Assembly (NCBI GenBank): GCA_030390025.1 | Contig: CM059437.1 | Location: 54,746,001-54,810,000 of the forward strand | Direction: 5' to 3' | Origin: Squalus acanthias | Lineage: Eukaryota | Length of the DNA: 64,000 nt | Shown: positions 13,060-25,131 of the stretch, one piece after another | Numbering within the stretch: the stretch's first letter is position 1 | How the letters are laid out: each line of letters starts with the position of its first letter | Translations under genes and position numbers: made by a program | The notes under the pieces: generated by a model | What the model saw: the letters and a program-made list of their open reading frames with translations, nothing else | Told to the model about the DNA's origin: nothing | The model's database searches: none

Positions 13060-15628
13060 ATGTATGTAAAGTATGTTAAAAGAAAAAGATTAATGAAGAT
13101 AAATGTAGGTCCCTTACATTCAGAAACGGGAGAATTTATAATGGGGAACAAGTAAATGGCTGAGCAGTTAAACATATACTTTGGTTCACAGAATAGGACA
13201 CAAATAACTTTCCAGAAATGCTAGGGAACCAAGGGTCTACTGAGAAGGAGGAATGAAAGGAAATTAGTATTAGTAAAAAATAGTGCAGGAGAAATTAATA
13301 AGGGCCAAAAATTCATCCCGGTGCGCGAGAGTACGCACTGCGTACTCTCGCGTATTCCCTCTGCAATTGCCGGTTTTCTGCATGCCCTGCGCATGCGCTG
13401 AAAACCGGCAATTGGTCTTTTGAAAAGGGGGCGGTTCCTCGGTGCATCGCGTGCGCACTACAGGCTGCGCGCACGCTGTGCACTTCATGCTTTGGATGCG
13501 CAGGTAAGTACTGAAGATTTTAGAAATGGAAAAAGGAGGAGTAAGAACCACTTTTAACAAGGTAAGTAGTGAATTAAGTATTTTTTTTTATTTTTTTAAC
13601 AGGTATATCTTTTTTAGAGACTTTAAAGACAGGTAAGTTTATTTTTATAACTTTTTAAAAGATTTTAAATTTTTTCAAAAATTTAATTTTTTATTTAAAA
13701 TGGTTAATTTATTTAACTATACTTATTTTATTAATGTGATGGTTTTTTTTAATTTAATTGAGGTTTAGCTGTTATTTTGGGGGGGTGTAAGATTCATAGA
13801 TTTCACAGCACGTATGTGACACTTATGAATGGAAGATGGTGTGCTGCCATTGGCTCTAACTGAGTCACGTGATCCCACAGCTCGCACGAATTCACTACGC
13901 CGGTGGGATACGCAAGCACTGCCCGGCTGATGTCTGGAACATCAAGTTCGTGCGAGCTGGATCTGAAAAAGCACAAGCGGAGTGAGAGATCGCGGGGAAG
14001 GCTTACCCCCGCGGGAACAGAGCGAGATCAATTTCTGGGCCAATAACACTGAAAGCCGATAAATCCCCAGGGCCTGATAATCTGCATCCGAGAGTACTAA
14101 AAGAGGTAGCCATGGAAATAGTGGATGCATTGGTTGTCATCTTCCAAAATTCGATAGCTTTTGGAACATTTCCTTCAGATTGGTGGGTGGCAAAGGTAAC
14201 CCCACTAATTAAAAAAGGAGATAAAGTCAAAACAGGGAACTACAGACCGGTTAGCCTAACATCAGTATTAGGGAAAATGCTAGAGTCTATTATAAAGGAT
14301 GTGATAATAGGACACTTAGAAAATATCAACGGGATTAGACAAAGTCAACATGGATTTGTGAAAAATAAATCGTGTTTGACAAACCTACTGGAGATTTTTG
14401 AGGATGTTACTGGTAGAATAGATAAGGGAGAACCAGTGGATGTGGTGTATTTGGATTTTCAGAAGGCCTTTGATAAAGTCCCACATAAGAGGTTAGTGTG
14501 CAAAACTTAAGCACATGGGATTGGGGGTAATATACTGGCATGGATTTAAAATTAGTTAACAAACAGAAAACAGAGAGTAAGATTAAATGGGTCTTTTTCG
14601 GGGTGGCAGACGGTGACTAGTGGGGTTCCGCAGGGATCAGTGCTTGGGCCCCAGCTATTCACAATATATATCAATGATTTGGATTAGGGAACCAAATGTA
14701 CTATATCCAAGTTTGCTGACGACACGAAACTAGGTGGGATTGTGAGTTGTGAGGAGGATGCACACAGGCTTCAAAGTGATTTAGACAAGTTGAGTGAGTG
14801 GGCAAATACATGGCAGATGCAGTATAACGTAGATAAATGTGAAGTTATCCAATTCGGTAGGAAAAACAGAAAGGTGGAGTATTTTTTGAAATGGTGATAG
14901 ATTGGGAAATGTTAATGTACAGAGAGACGAGGGTGTCCTTGTACACCAGTCACTAAAAGAAAACATGCAGGTGCAGCAAGTAGTTAGGAAGGCAAATGGT
15001 ATGCTGGTCTTCATTGCAAGAGGATTTGAGTACAGGAGCAAGGATGTCTTATTACAGTTATACAGGGCTTTGGTGAGACCACACGTTGAGTACCATGTGC
15101 AGTTTTGGTCTTCTTACCTAATAAAGGATATACTTGCCATAGAGGGAGTGCAGCGAAAGTTCACCAGACTGATTCCTGGGATGACAGGACTGTCGTATGA
15201 GGAAAGATTTGGTCGACTAGGCCTGTATTCATTAGAGTTTAAAATAATGAGAGGGAACTCATCGAAACGTATATAATTCTGACAGGGCTAGAGAGACTGG
15301 ATGCAGGGAGGATGTTTCCCCTGGCTGGGGGGTCTAGAACGAGGGGTCACAGTCTCAGGATACGGGTTAAGACATTTAGGACTGAGATGAGGAGAAATTT
15401 CTTCACTCAGAGGGTGGTGAACCTGTGGAATTCTCTACCACAGAAGGCTGTGGAGGCCAAGTCACTGAATATATTTAAGAAGGAGATAGATAGATTTCCA
15501 GACACAGAAAGCATCAAGGGGTATGGGGAGAGAGCAGGAATATGGTATTGAGATAAAGGATCAGCCATGATCATATTGAATGGTGGAGCAGGCTCGAAAG
15601 GCTGAATGGCCTACTCCTGCTCCTATTT
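13060..15628 (+). mobile_element. CR1 LINE nested in the minus-strand CR1
   Basis: RT fragments NYRPVSLTS, YLDFQKAFDKVPH, FFTQRVV; CR1 3' UTR ending CCTACTCCTGCTCCTATTT. Confidence 0.88.
13301..14042. mobile_element. Harbinger-type MITE
   Basis: Imperfect TIRs GGGCCAAAAATT / AATTTCTGGGCC; GC-rich subterminal arms around an AT-rich core; interrupts CR1 ORF2. Confidence 0.7.
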
Positions 15629-17974
15629 TTCTAACTCTAGAGAATATAAGCCTCGTCTACTCAATCTCTCCTCATAGGACAATCCCCCCATCCCAGGAAC
15701 CAGTCTGGTGAAACTTCGTTGCCCTCCCTCTATGGCAAGTATATCCTTACTTCGGTAAGGGGACCAAACCTGTGCGCAATACTTCAGGTGTGGTCTAAAC
15801 AGGGCCCTACATAATTGCAGTAAGATGTCTTTACTCTTATACACAAATCCTCGTGTAATAGAGGCCAACATACCATTTGCTTTCATAATTGCTTGCTGTA
15901 CCTGCATGTTAACTTTTGTGATTCGTGTGCAAGGACAACCAGGTCCCACTAAACATTTCCCAATCTATTACCATTTAAAAAATACTCTGCTTTTCTATTT
16001 TTCCTACCGAAGTGGATAATTTCACATTTCTCCACCTTATATTCCATTTGCCATGTTCTTGCCCACTCACTTAGTCTATCGATATCCCCTTGAAGCTTCT
16101 TTGCATCCTCCTCAATACTTACATTCCCACCCAGCTTTGTATCATCAGCAAACTTGAATATAATGATTGGGATGTAGATTGTAAATAGCTGAGGCCCAAG
16201 CACTGTGCCCCACTAGTTACAGCCTGCCAATCCAAAAATGATCCGTTTATTCCTACTCTCTGTTTTCTGTCCGTTAACCAATTCTCAATCCATTCTAATA
16301 TATTGCCCCCAATCCCATGAGCCCTAATTTTGTTTAATAACCTCTTGTGTGGCACCTTATCGAATGCCTTCTGAAAATCCAAATACACCACATCCACTGG
16401 ATCCCCTTATCTATTCCGTTATTTACAACCTCAAACAACTCTAACAGATTTGTCAAACACGATTTCCCATTCATAAATCCGTGTTGACTCTGCCCAATCC
16501 TATTATTATTTTCAAAGTGCCATGTTCCCACGTCCTTAACAATAGATTCTAACGTTTTCCCTACTACTGATGTCAGGCTAACTGGTCTGTAGTTCCCCGT
16601 TTTCTCTCTCCCCCACTTTCTTAAATAGTGGGATTACATATGTTACCGTCCAACCCGTGGGAACCATTCTAGAATCTATGAAATTTTGGAAAATGACAAC
16701 CAGTGCATCCACTATCTCTATAGCCACCTCATTCAAAACCCTAGGATATAAACCATCAGGTCCAGAGGATAAATCAGCTTTCAGTCCCATTAATTTCACC
16801 AGCACTATTTTTTTACGAATAATAATTTCTTTCAGTTCCTCATTCTCGCTGGAGCCTTGGTTCTCCACTATTTCATGGAAGTTTTTTGCGTCCTTTACTA
16901 CATGGTTATTAATTAACCCTTTCTCTTTGCACAATACTACATCTAAAATGACCTGCACCCTAGTTGGTTCCTCAACATACTGATCTAGAAATCTATCTTG
17001 CATGCATTCCATGAATTCGTCCTCCACACTATTACTGCAAATTTGGTTTGCCCAGTCTATATGTAGATTAAAGTTCCCCCTGTATTACCCTTGTTACATG
17101 CACCTCTAATTTACTGATTCATACACTGCCCTTCATTACAACTATGGTTTGGAGGCCTACAAACAACTGCCACCAATGTTTTCTGCTCCTTGCTGTTTCT
17201 TAGCTCCACCTAAACTGATTCTACTTCTTGATTTTCGGAGCTAAGATCCTTTCTCTCTACTGTCTTTATCCCATCCTTTATTATCAGGGCTACGCCTCCT
17301 CCTTTCCCATTTTCTTCTAAAAGTTAAGTATCCTTGAATAATTAGTTCCCAACCTTGGTCACTTTGCAACCATGTCCCCGTTATGTCTATTAGATCAAAC
17401 CTGTTAATTTCTATCTGCGCTATTAATACATCTATTTTGTTGCGAATGCTTCGCGCATTCAGATATAGTGCCTTTAGCTTTGACTTATTTCTATTTTTCC
17501 CTGATGTCACCTTAGTCACAGATGCCTTATTGCCTTTGTTACTCTCTCTGACCCTCCCTGACCCACTCTGCTTATTTTTATCCAAAACTCTACTCTGCTC
17601 TGGAGCCGTGACATTTCTCTCGCTGCTTTTAAATTTACTCTTTCCTGAAGCCTCCCACCCACCTCCCTTCATTAGTTTAAAGCCCTGTCTACTGCCCTAC
17701 ATATTCGGTTCGCCAGGGCACAGATCCCAGTCCGGTTTACTTCCATTCTGAGTTATTGCACGTAGCACCTTCCTTGGTGTTAAGAATCGCTGAACAGGGA
17801 TCAAAAGGAATCGAATCTTATTGAAACAGAAATCTTGCAAAGCCTGAATTCGCATCACGCAAATACCTGGACAACCACATTGTGTCACTGAATCTGTGTC
17901 ACCAGATGATTAATTAAAACGTACACTATGCTCAGCCAATTATTGCCAGAAACAATCTACACGGATTGTTTAAC

Positions 17975-18020
17975 GCCACTAAAACAGATTATCTGGTCAT
18001 TATCACATTGCTGTTTGTGA
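17975..18020 (+). mobile_element. DeuSINE (AmnSINE/SacSINE-like) core fragment
   Basis: CACTAAAACAGATTATCTGGTCATTATCACATTGCTGTTTGTG resembles the Deu-domain consensus as recalled; not aligned. Confidence 0.5.
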
Positions 18021-18029
18021 CATAAACGA

Positions 18030-18962
18030 TTCGAACTGGGGAAGAGGAAGGACAATTTTTAAAAATTGCAGATGACACCAATTTGGGGGGATATATTTGA
18101 TACTGAAGAATACTGCGACAAAATACAAGATCTTAGTAAACTTGCAGAATAGGCGTGTAAATGGTGAATGGATTGTATTACAGATAAGTATGAGGTGGTG
18201 CTTTCTGGTAGGAGGAATAAGAAGGCCACAAACCCCTTGGAAAATAAGAGTCTAAATGGAGTAATGGAGCAAAGGGATCTAGGGGTATAAATTCACAAAT
18301 CATTAAAAATTTGCAACGCAAGTTAGCAAGGCCATAACAAATGCAAACAAAGCACTGTGGTTCATTTTCAGAGGAATGGAATTGAAAAGCAGGGAATTTA
18401 TGTGAAACTTCTATAGAACTTTGGTTAGACCACACTTAAATGTGTGTACAGTTCGGATCTCCATATTACAAAAAGGGTATAGGCACTGGAGAAGTTGCAA
18501 AAAGATTTATAAGGATGATACCAGAACTGCGAATTTATAACTGTCACGAAGGACTGGTCATGCAGGTGCTCTTTTCCCTAGAAATTAAAAGGCTGAGGGG
18601 TGAACAAATAGAGGTCTTTAAATTTATGAAGGGGTTTGATACCATAGAGTAGAGGAGATGTTTCCGTTTTTGGGGCGTCCAAAACTGGGCGCCATAAATA
18701 TGATTGTCGCTTATAAATCCAATAAAGAATTCAGGAGAAACTTCTTTGCCAAGAGTGTAGCTACCGCATGGAGTACTTGAGGCGAATAGCACAAACGTCT
18801 TTAATATGAATCTAAATACGTCCATGAGGTTGAAAGGAATAGAAGGATATGCAGATAAGGTTAGATGAAGTAGGTTAGGAGAAGGCTCATGTGGAGCAGA
18901 AACACCGTCACAGACCAGTTGGGCCTGATGGCCTGTGCTGTAAATTCTATGTAATTCTATGA
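18030..18962 (+). mobile_element. Degenerate CR1 LINE 3' portion
   Basis: ADDT and CVQF.SP remnants; ATTCTAT-type tail. Confidence 0.75.
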
Positions 18963-19426
18963 ATTTAAACAAATGTGATTAAAATATATATTGTAAGATA
19001 TCTTTCCCAAAATGTCAAATTAATAGTAATCTATCGTGTCTGCAACCTTGCTATTCCGACTGATTTCACTGACTTGACATACAATGTCCAGAATGTCATA
19101 AAGAATATAACCTCCTTATTTAGCCACATTTAAAACATTGCTATGGATTGGTACAGAGGAATAGGTCAGAAAAGAATAACAGCACCTGAGATAATGGCAG
19201 AGTCATTTTATTACACTACGGTATGTGTAACGTTACACTGAAACTTTGATCAGTTCAGGGTTTACACACTGTAAAATACAGACAGCGGAATACAGCCGAC
19301 AAACTGCACATCTGTTGTGATTTGAAATGTTACACTTAAAATCAAACATGTACTATCTGAATACGGAATTTATTTTTAAAGGGAAGTTAATAATGGTATA
19401 ACAAATCAATGCATAAGATTCTTGAA

Positions 19427-19749
19427 TCACATACAGCTGGATCTGGCGATACTTGTTTGAAGCGGGTTTTCCTGAGTCTCGTGTTTAACCACACAGGAGT
19501 AAAGCTCGTGTGAGTTCCACTCTGAGGCTGGCAGAGTCAGATAACTGCTCACACTGAACGTGTTGTCCGTCTCCTGCTGGATCCGACTGGTCTCAACACC
19601 ATTCCCTCTGACACTGCCATCGACAGTCCACTCAATCTCCACAGCGCCCGGGTTAAAACCATTCACCAAACACACCAAAGTCGCCGTGTTCTTTGCTGCG
19701 ATTTGAACGGATGAAGGCGGAAGGACAGACACCGAGGGGGCCCGCGGAT
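19427..19749 (-). CDS. IGLC: Ig light chain gene A, constant exon (C1-set domain)
   Basis: PSVSVLPPS, ATLVCLVNGF.PG, W, FSVSSYLTL, YSCVVKHE, terminal Cys; acceptor TTTCAG; 323 nt, phase 1; minus-strand AATAAA at 19207-19212. Confidence 0.95.
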
Positions 19750-20144
19750 CTGAAACGAAGAATCCAATTAAAGAAGATCCATACTAAATTGAAATAAAAA
19801 GTCGGAATCAATGTGTTACTTTCTTCAAATCTTACAATAAAATTCGGCGTCACTTTACAAACGTATATGAAATGTAATATAACGGAAGCTCATCAGTGTC
19901 AATTCTCAAATAACAGGGGCCCGCAGTTCTAGAACGTTTATAACCTGAGAACATTTTCCTATTTTTCCTACATGGAAAGGAACGTGTAACAAATATTTCC
20001 ATGGAAATATGATCCAAACTTTGTGCATATATTATAAATCGAATTTAATATCTGTCCGCTAAGACATAATTTTTCTTTCAGTTTTGTACCATTTCATTTC
20101 CCCGTTAAACTTTAGCGCGTCGTTATAAATGTTTCCACATTTCA

Positions 20145-20612
20145 CAGTCATGGAATCTCACAGCACAGGAGTCCATTCGACCCATCGTGCCTGTGCCGGC
20201 TGTTTGAAAGAGCTTTCCAATTAGTCCCACTCCCCTTCTCCTTCCCCATAGCCCTGCACATTTTTCCTTTTCAAGTATTTATCCAATTCCCTTTTGAATG
20301 TTACTATTGAATCTGCTTCCACCACCCTTTCAGGTAGTGCATCCCAGACCATAACAATTTGCAAATAGACAAATTTCTCCTCATCTCCACCCTGGTTCTT
20401 TTGCCAATTACCTGCTCGTGCAAAAAGTTGCTCCTTATCTGCGGTATCAAAACCCTTCATAATTTAGAACACCTCGTTATATCTCCCTTTAATCTTCTCT
20501 GCACTAAGGAGAACAATCCCAGTTTCTCTAGTCTCTCTATTTAACTGAAGTTCCTCATCTCTGGTACTACGGGTAAATCCCCTTTGCATCCCCTCCAAGA
20601 CCTTGACATCAC
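20145..20612 (-). mobile_element. CR1 3' fragment in the J-C intron of gene A
   Basis: W.ALPERVVEA...FKRELDKYL motif and CR1 3' UTR. Confidence 0.8.
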
Positions 20613-21302
20613 ATTTGTGAAAGAACATGGTCAGAAAATATTTTTTTTTAACTATCACTGGGCACACAGTATTACATCGAAATTACTGGTCCTACTCAAT
20701 CTGCCATAGACTTTGTGTCTCAGGAGCTGCGATTTAAAGAGAATGCAAAAAGCAATAAAGCCGAATTTGGGGTAAATATTGGAACCAATAGTGACTACAA
20801 AGTTACTGTAATGTTCAGCTCAAACACGCTAATGAATTTACTAATAAGCTCGATTCGTGCTTCTTGCTCAAATTTTGCACTACTTTTGACGAAAATATTG
20901 GACTAATATCTGGGCTTGTGTACCATCACTGCTATGGCCGCTCTGCTCGGCTCGCAATAGCTGTTTGGAGACATCTTCGGGGTCAATGTGTCACAAAAGA
21001 TGTAATTAAAGAGAAACAGGCTACAACAAATAAGGCTGTTATTGTGAATAATATTATCCCAATAATAACATCAATATGAAAGTAATGCCAATAATATTAA
21101 ATATTAATACTCCTGTGATAAAACAATTACATATAACCCAGTGTAAGAATGTTGAAGCCGGACTGTCATCATCTCCTGACTCTTTAGATGACCATTCGCG
21201 CCGACCATATGTTACAAGCTGTCAATAACAAACCCTCGGTAAATGCTTTATGTAATGTAAAGCACCGGAGAAAAGGCTGAAACGTTTATTTTTTTTAATT
21301 AA

Positions 21303-22119
21303 AGCACTGCCGCGATTTAATAGAATGGTAGAATTAGAGGCGGGGTCGCTTCAAATGGTTCTGGCATTGAGGCATCACGTCAGCTGCAGCGGCGCGTCTC
21401 ACTAATACCAGGTTTGTCCGGGTCGGTTTAAGTATCTATTGCAATTCTGAGGCGTTCGCCTTGGAACCCAGAACTTCACTTTGCTTTCTATACAATTTGG
21501 AGGCTGAAACTGGGAGAAGTCCTGAAGAACCACCGACCCCTATTGTCATAGTTGCTATAATCCCCCGGCAGCGCCCGGAGTTTAGCTGAACTTTCTGGTA
21601 TTGAAATATCTGGAGTCCCGTGGGATTATTCAGCAGGTTTTACTGCCAGTTTAAATTATTGTCGAAACACTAAGACTTTGACATTTGTACCAGAGATGTA
21701 TTCTTAATGTAACAACTGATAATATAAATTAAGATTTTTGCTGTTTCTTGAAAGCTAATTTCACCCTGATGTAGTCGAATAACCACGTCAAATAGCGATA
21801 GAGTATCCACATTTTTGATAATATTACTCCACTGACTAACTCTAATCACAGAACCAGCAGCAAAGCGCAATGGAGTGAGTATAAGAGCAGGTACAAAAAT
21901 CAGAAAAGCTATTTCGAGACATTATTCACACAAAATTATCGATAGGAAGATAACAACCCCTTAACTTGTTAAAAATAGATACCCTGACAATTGGATGAGA
22001 ATCATGTACTGAATGGTTTTCACTCAGTTATGAGACGAGTGGGAGAGAGTTACAACAAGTCGCTACACTATCCTCCCGCAGTCTCAATTCGAGAATGGTG
22101 ATTAAATCGCGGCAGTGCT
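21303..22119. mobile_element. Non-autonomous DNA transposon, Kolobok-like
   Basis: Perfect 19-bp TIR AGCACTGCCGCGATTTAAT flanked by TTAA at 21299-21302 and 22120-22123; AG...CT termini. Confidence 0.7.
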
Positions 22120-22968
22120 TTAATGTGAATGCATTAGGTGTCGATTTGAAACTTTTCAATTTGTGTCTATAGACTTTTACCGAGAACTTATTCTATGGGG
22201 CTATAATGGCCGGGTGTAAGCCAGTCTGAAAATTACGCGCGGCTCACAGAATCATAGAATTGTACAGCTCCGAAGGAAGCCGAATTCTCCCGCCCCAGCA
22301 CTTTGATAGATCTGTCCACTTAGTGCGATTCCCATAACTTTCTTTTGTTATTTTTTACATGTTTATCAACTTCCCTTTTAAGTGCGTTCTTTTAGTAATG
22401 CTGTTAAATTTATGTCCTCTGGTTACCGACTGACCGATCAGTGATAATTGTTTTTTTAATTTGCTGCAACTGAATGACTCATGATTCTGAACATTTCTAG
22501 CAGATCACACAGCACACTTCGAGTGAAATTAGCTTCTCTCCTCTCTTGACTTAACTAAAACCTATCGGTACCAGTATAATATTAAAAAATGGCTTCTGTT
22601 ATCTCTCCAAGGCGTTGACACCTCCCTAAAATCGGGCGCACTTTCTGTTTTGCTAGCTCTTAAATATCACTGGTCGCTGTTCCACAACTTCGGTATAAAT
22701 ATATTTTGAGGCAAATAATCTTGAGTTGCAGTAATTCAGTCTACCAATAAATTTCTTTCAATGGATTTTTGGTATTTCATTCGCAGTGTTAGTAATGTTA
22801 GGGAACAGTTTGATGCGCGATTTGGAAACCGAACAGTAAAAAAGCTTGACGCGATGAGAGACTCGGATTCGGATATTTTTTGATCGACGGGATTTAGACA
22901 AAAAAAACAAAAATCGAAAACTGGTAGCTGACAAACCCAAAGTTCCGCATTGCGAATAATTTACTTAC

Positions 22969-23304
22969 TGCCCAGGTTCAGCTTGGTTCCTCTCCCGAAA
23001 AAGATATAATAGGGACTGGTACGCAGAACAGAGCAGTAATAATCGGCGGCGTCCTCCGATTGCACGTTGGTGATGGTTAAATGCATCCTCGATGAGTCCG
23101 CAGACCCGGTGAATCGATCTGGAATCCCCGAAGGTCTGCTGCTCCCATACCAAACAAGCACAGGGGCACTGCCGGGTTTCTGCCAGTACCAGCTGCTGTA
23201 GCTGCCTATGCTGCCTTCGGATATGGTACAAGTGATTTTGACGGTTTTTCCCGGGGATGTTGAGATGGACGGTGGCTGAGTCAGGACAGGATCCGCGTTT
23301 GTAC
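22969..23304 (-). CDS. IGLV: Ig light chain gene A, germline-joined VJ exon (lambda-like/type II)
   Basis: [25 protein letters not shown]...WYWQKPG...[28 protein letters not shown]; V runs in frame into J with no RSS; CAG acceptor and GTAAGT donor. Confidence 0.95.
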
Positions 23305-23447
23305 CTGGTGAAATAACAAGTTATTGATTAGTCACAATTTTTGCCCTTCGAATATTGCTTATAATTCAGGTCTATTCAACTCAAGCACAAGAAAAACTCA
23401 AGGCAATGTAAAAAGCAGCGATATTGAAGGTTACGTCCTGTACTTAC

Positions 23448-23496
23448 TTTGGAGACAGAACATCAGTGCGGCGAGAACTCGAACCCATTCAGTCAT
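23448..23496 (-). CDS. Ig light chain gene A, leader exon (MTEWVRVLAALMFCLQ)
   Basis: Hydrophobic 49-nt exon with GTAAGT donor; spliced L-VJ-C totals 708 nt, 235 aa. Confidence 0.9.
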
Positions 23497-23619
23497 GGTG
23501 AAGTTTCTGGTGAAGATCTGAAACAAAATATTTCCTGACACGAATGTAGTTCTGAGCTCTTTCTAAACCTCTCCTTAAGAAGATTCAAACTTCGCAACGT
23601 CATTGATTATTAATTATTC

Positions 23620-23627
23620 ATGCAAAT
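23620..23627 (-). promoter_or_regulatory. Ig octamer ATTTGCAT of gene A promoter
   Basis: Perfect octamer ~125 bp upstream of the ATG; TTAAGGAGAGG TATA-like motif shared with gene B lies between. Confidence 0.85.
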
Positions 23628-23919
23628 ATCCATCCACATGACCTCGCGCTATAGGAGTCCAAGTATTGCGTTGACTGGCATTTGCGCGATGCACATTCCA
23701 GCCATTAAAAGAGAAACAAAGTCAAAGCCACAGAATAAAACACGAGAATGGTTGAATGTAGCAAATTAAAAGGTGAGGTGAAAAAAGGAGGCTTGGGTTT
23801 TAGAGGCCTGAAGATTATAATAGCGAGGGGAAGCTGAGGGCGGTAATCGGTTCAATAGCTGTGGGGTCCTCGGGAAGAGGAACTGGAGAAGGAGATTTTA
23901 AGGTGCGATTTCATTTGCA

Positions 23920-23920
23920 C

Positions 23921-23965
<45 letters not shown>

Positions 23966-23978
23966 GATAGAGAGAGAT
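23920..23978. repeat. (GATA)n microsatellite
   Basis: About 11 GATA units followed by a GA-rich end. Confidence 0.95.
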
Positions 23979-25131
23979 ACCGACCGACCGACCAGGAAAC
24001 ATTCGACACTTGCAGAGAATTAACCGTTTGGAGAAAAATATGGAAGCGGACACGGAGCTTTTTGCAAGAAATTTTATTAATATAGCTGAAAGATCTATTT
24101 GAGGTCGCAGGAGAAACTGAGGTTCACTATACCAATATATGGAATGACTAGGGGCTGAATGAATCAAATATAACAGTTGTTTGTTTCGACTTGTGATAGA
24201 TATAAAATACTGCAGCGTGAAATCCCGCTGTGGGATGTTATGGTTGAACCTTTGTACGAAATTCCATTGCTTCCTATTTGAATGGGAGAGTTAACCCTTT
24301 CAAAGCAGCAATCACAAATACATTTCAATCAAATATGTTAAATGTCAGCGCGATTTCACTGCAACTGTCTTTGAAAAATTGAATAAGTAAAATTGTCATT
24401 GTCCAGCTGAAGGTCACAGAAGAGAGCAAGCTGTAACGATTCAGTCATTGCACTGGGAGAGTACTGACGGTTGTGAGTTCAGATAGGGACCCATAAATAA
24501 ATGTCTGCGAATCTTTATATACATAGGCTTAAATCAGCCTTATTATTTTATGCTCTTATTTACCTTCACAATTGAAGAGGACCAAATCAATAAAATTAGA
24601 CAATACTTGATGAGAATTTTCTGTAAAGCTACTCTCGACAAATAGTTTCCTATATTTCCTGTTTTAAAAACACATTTTTGCCGTAAACTTTCCTCACGAT
24701 GAGTTAATTCCTGTTATCCAATTGAAGCAATATTTTCCAGATTGGTGGTCTGGAGAGTGTATAATTTAATAGGTTAACAGCTTGTTGTGGTAAAGGTTAT
24801 TATGGAATGGTTAGTACAGAGTGCTACAGTAAAAGAAGAAATGTAGAAAACGCAGTGTTACATTGGGCGTGGTTCGGCAGAAGGCTTGGAACATCCGATG
24901 TAAAATTATGAAAAATAATCCAGAAGTCAGTAGTAATATCTGTTAATTATGGGTTTATTCTGTGACATGGAGTCGAATACATGTTTTAGATTAGGTTGTT
25001 GGGATTCTTTAGGCTAAGCTAATCAGCAGGAGGTGTCACTAAAAGGCAATTAGGAAGCATCAAAATGATTATATAAAGAAATATGGTTAGTTTGGGAGAC
25101 AAATTGTCTGGTTTAAGTTGTTATTATTCAT

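Larger units (their letters stand above)
12645..17700 (-). mobile_element. CR1 LINE (internally deleted) split in two by a nested plus-strand CR1
   Basis: Pieces 12645-13059 and 15629-17700 are complementary at ...YSLE/FRRMRG with duplicated TTCTA(A)ACT; endonuclease and RT fragments present. Confidence 0.8.
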
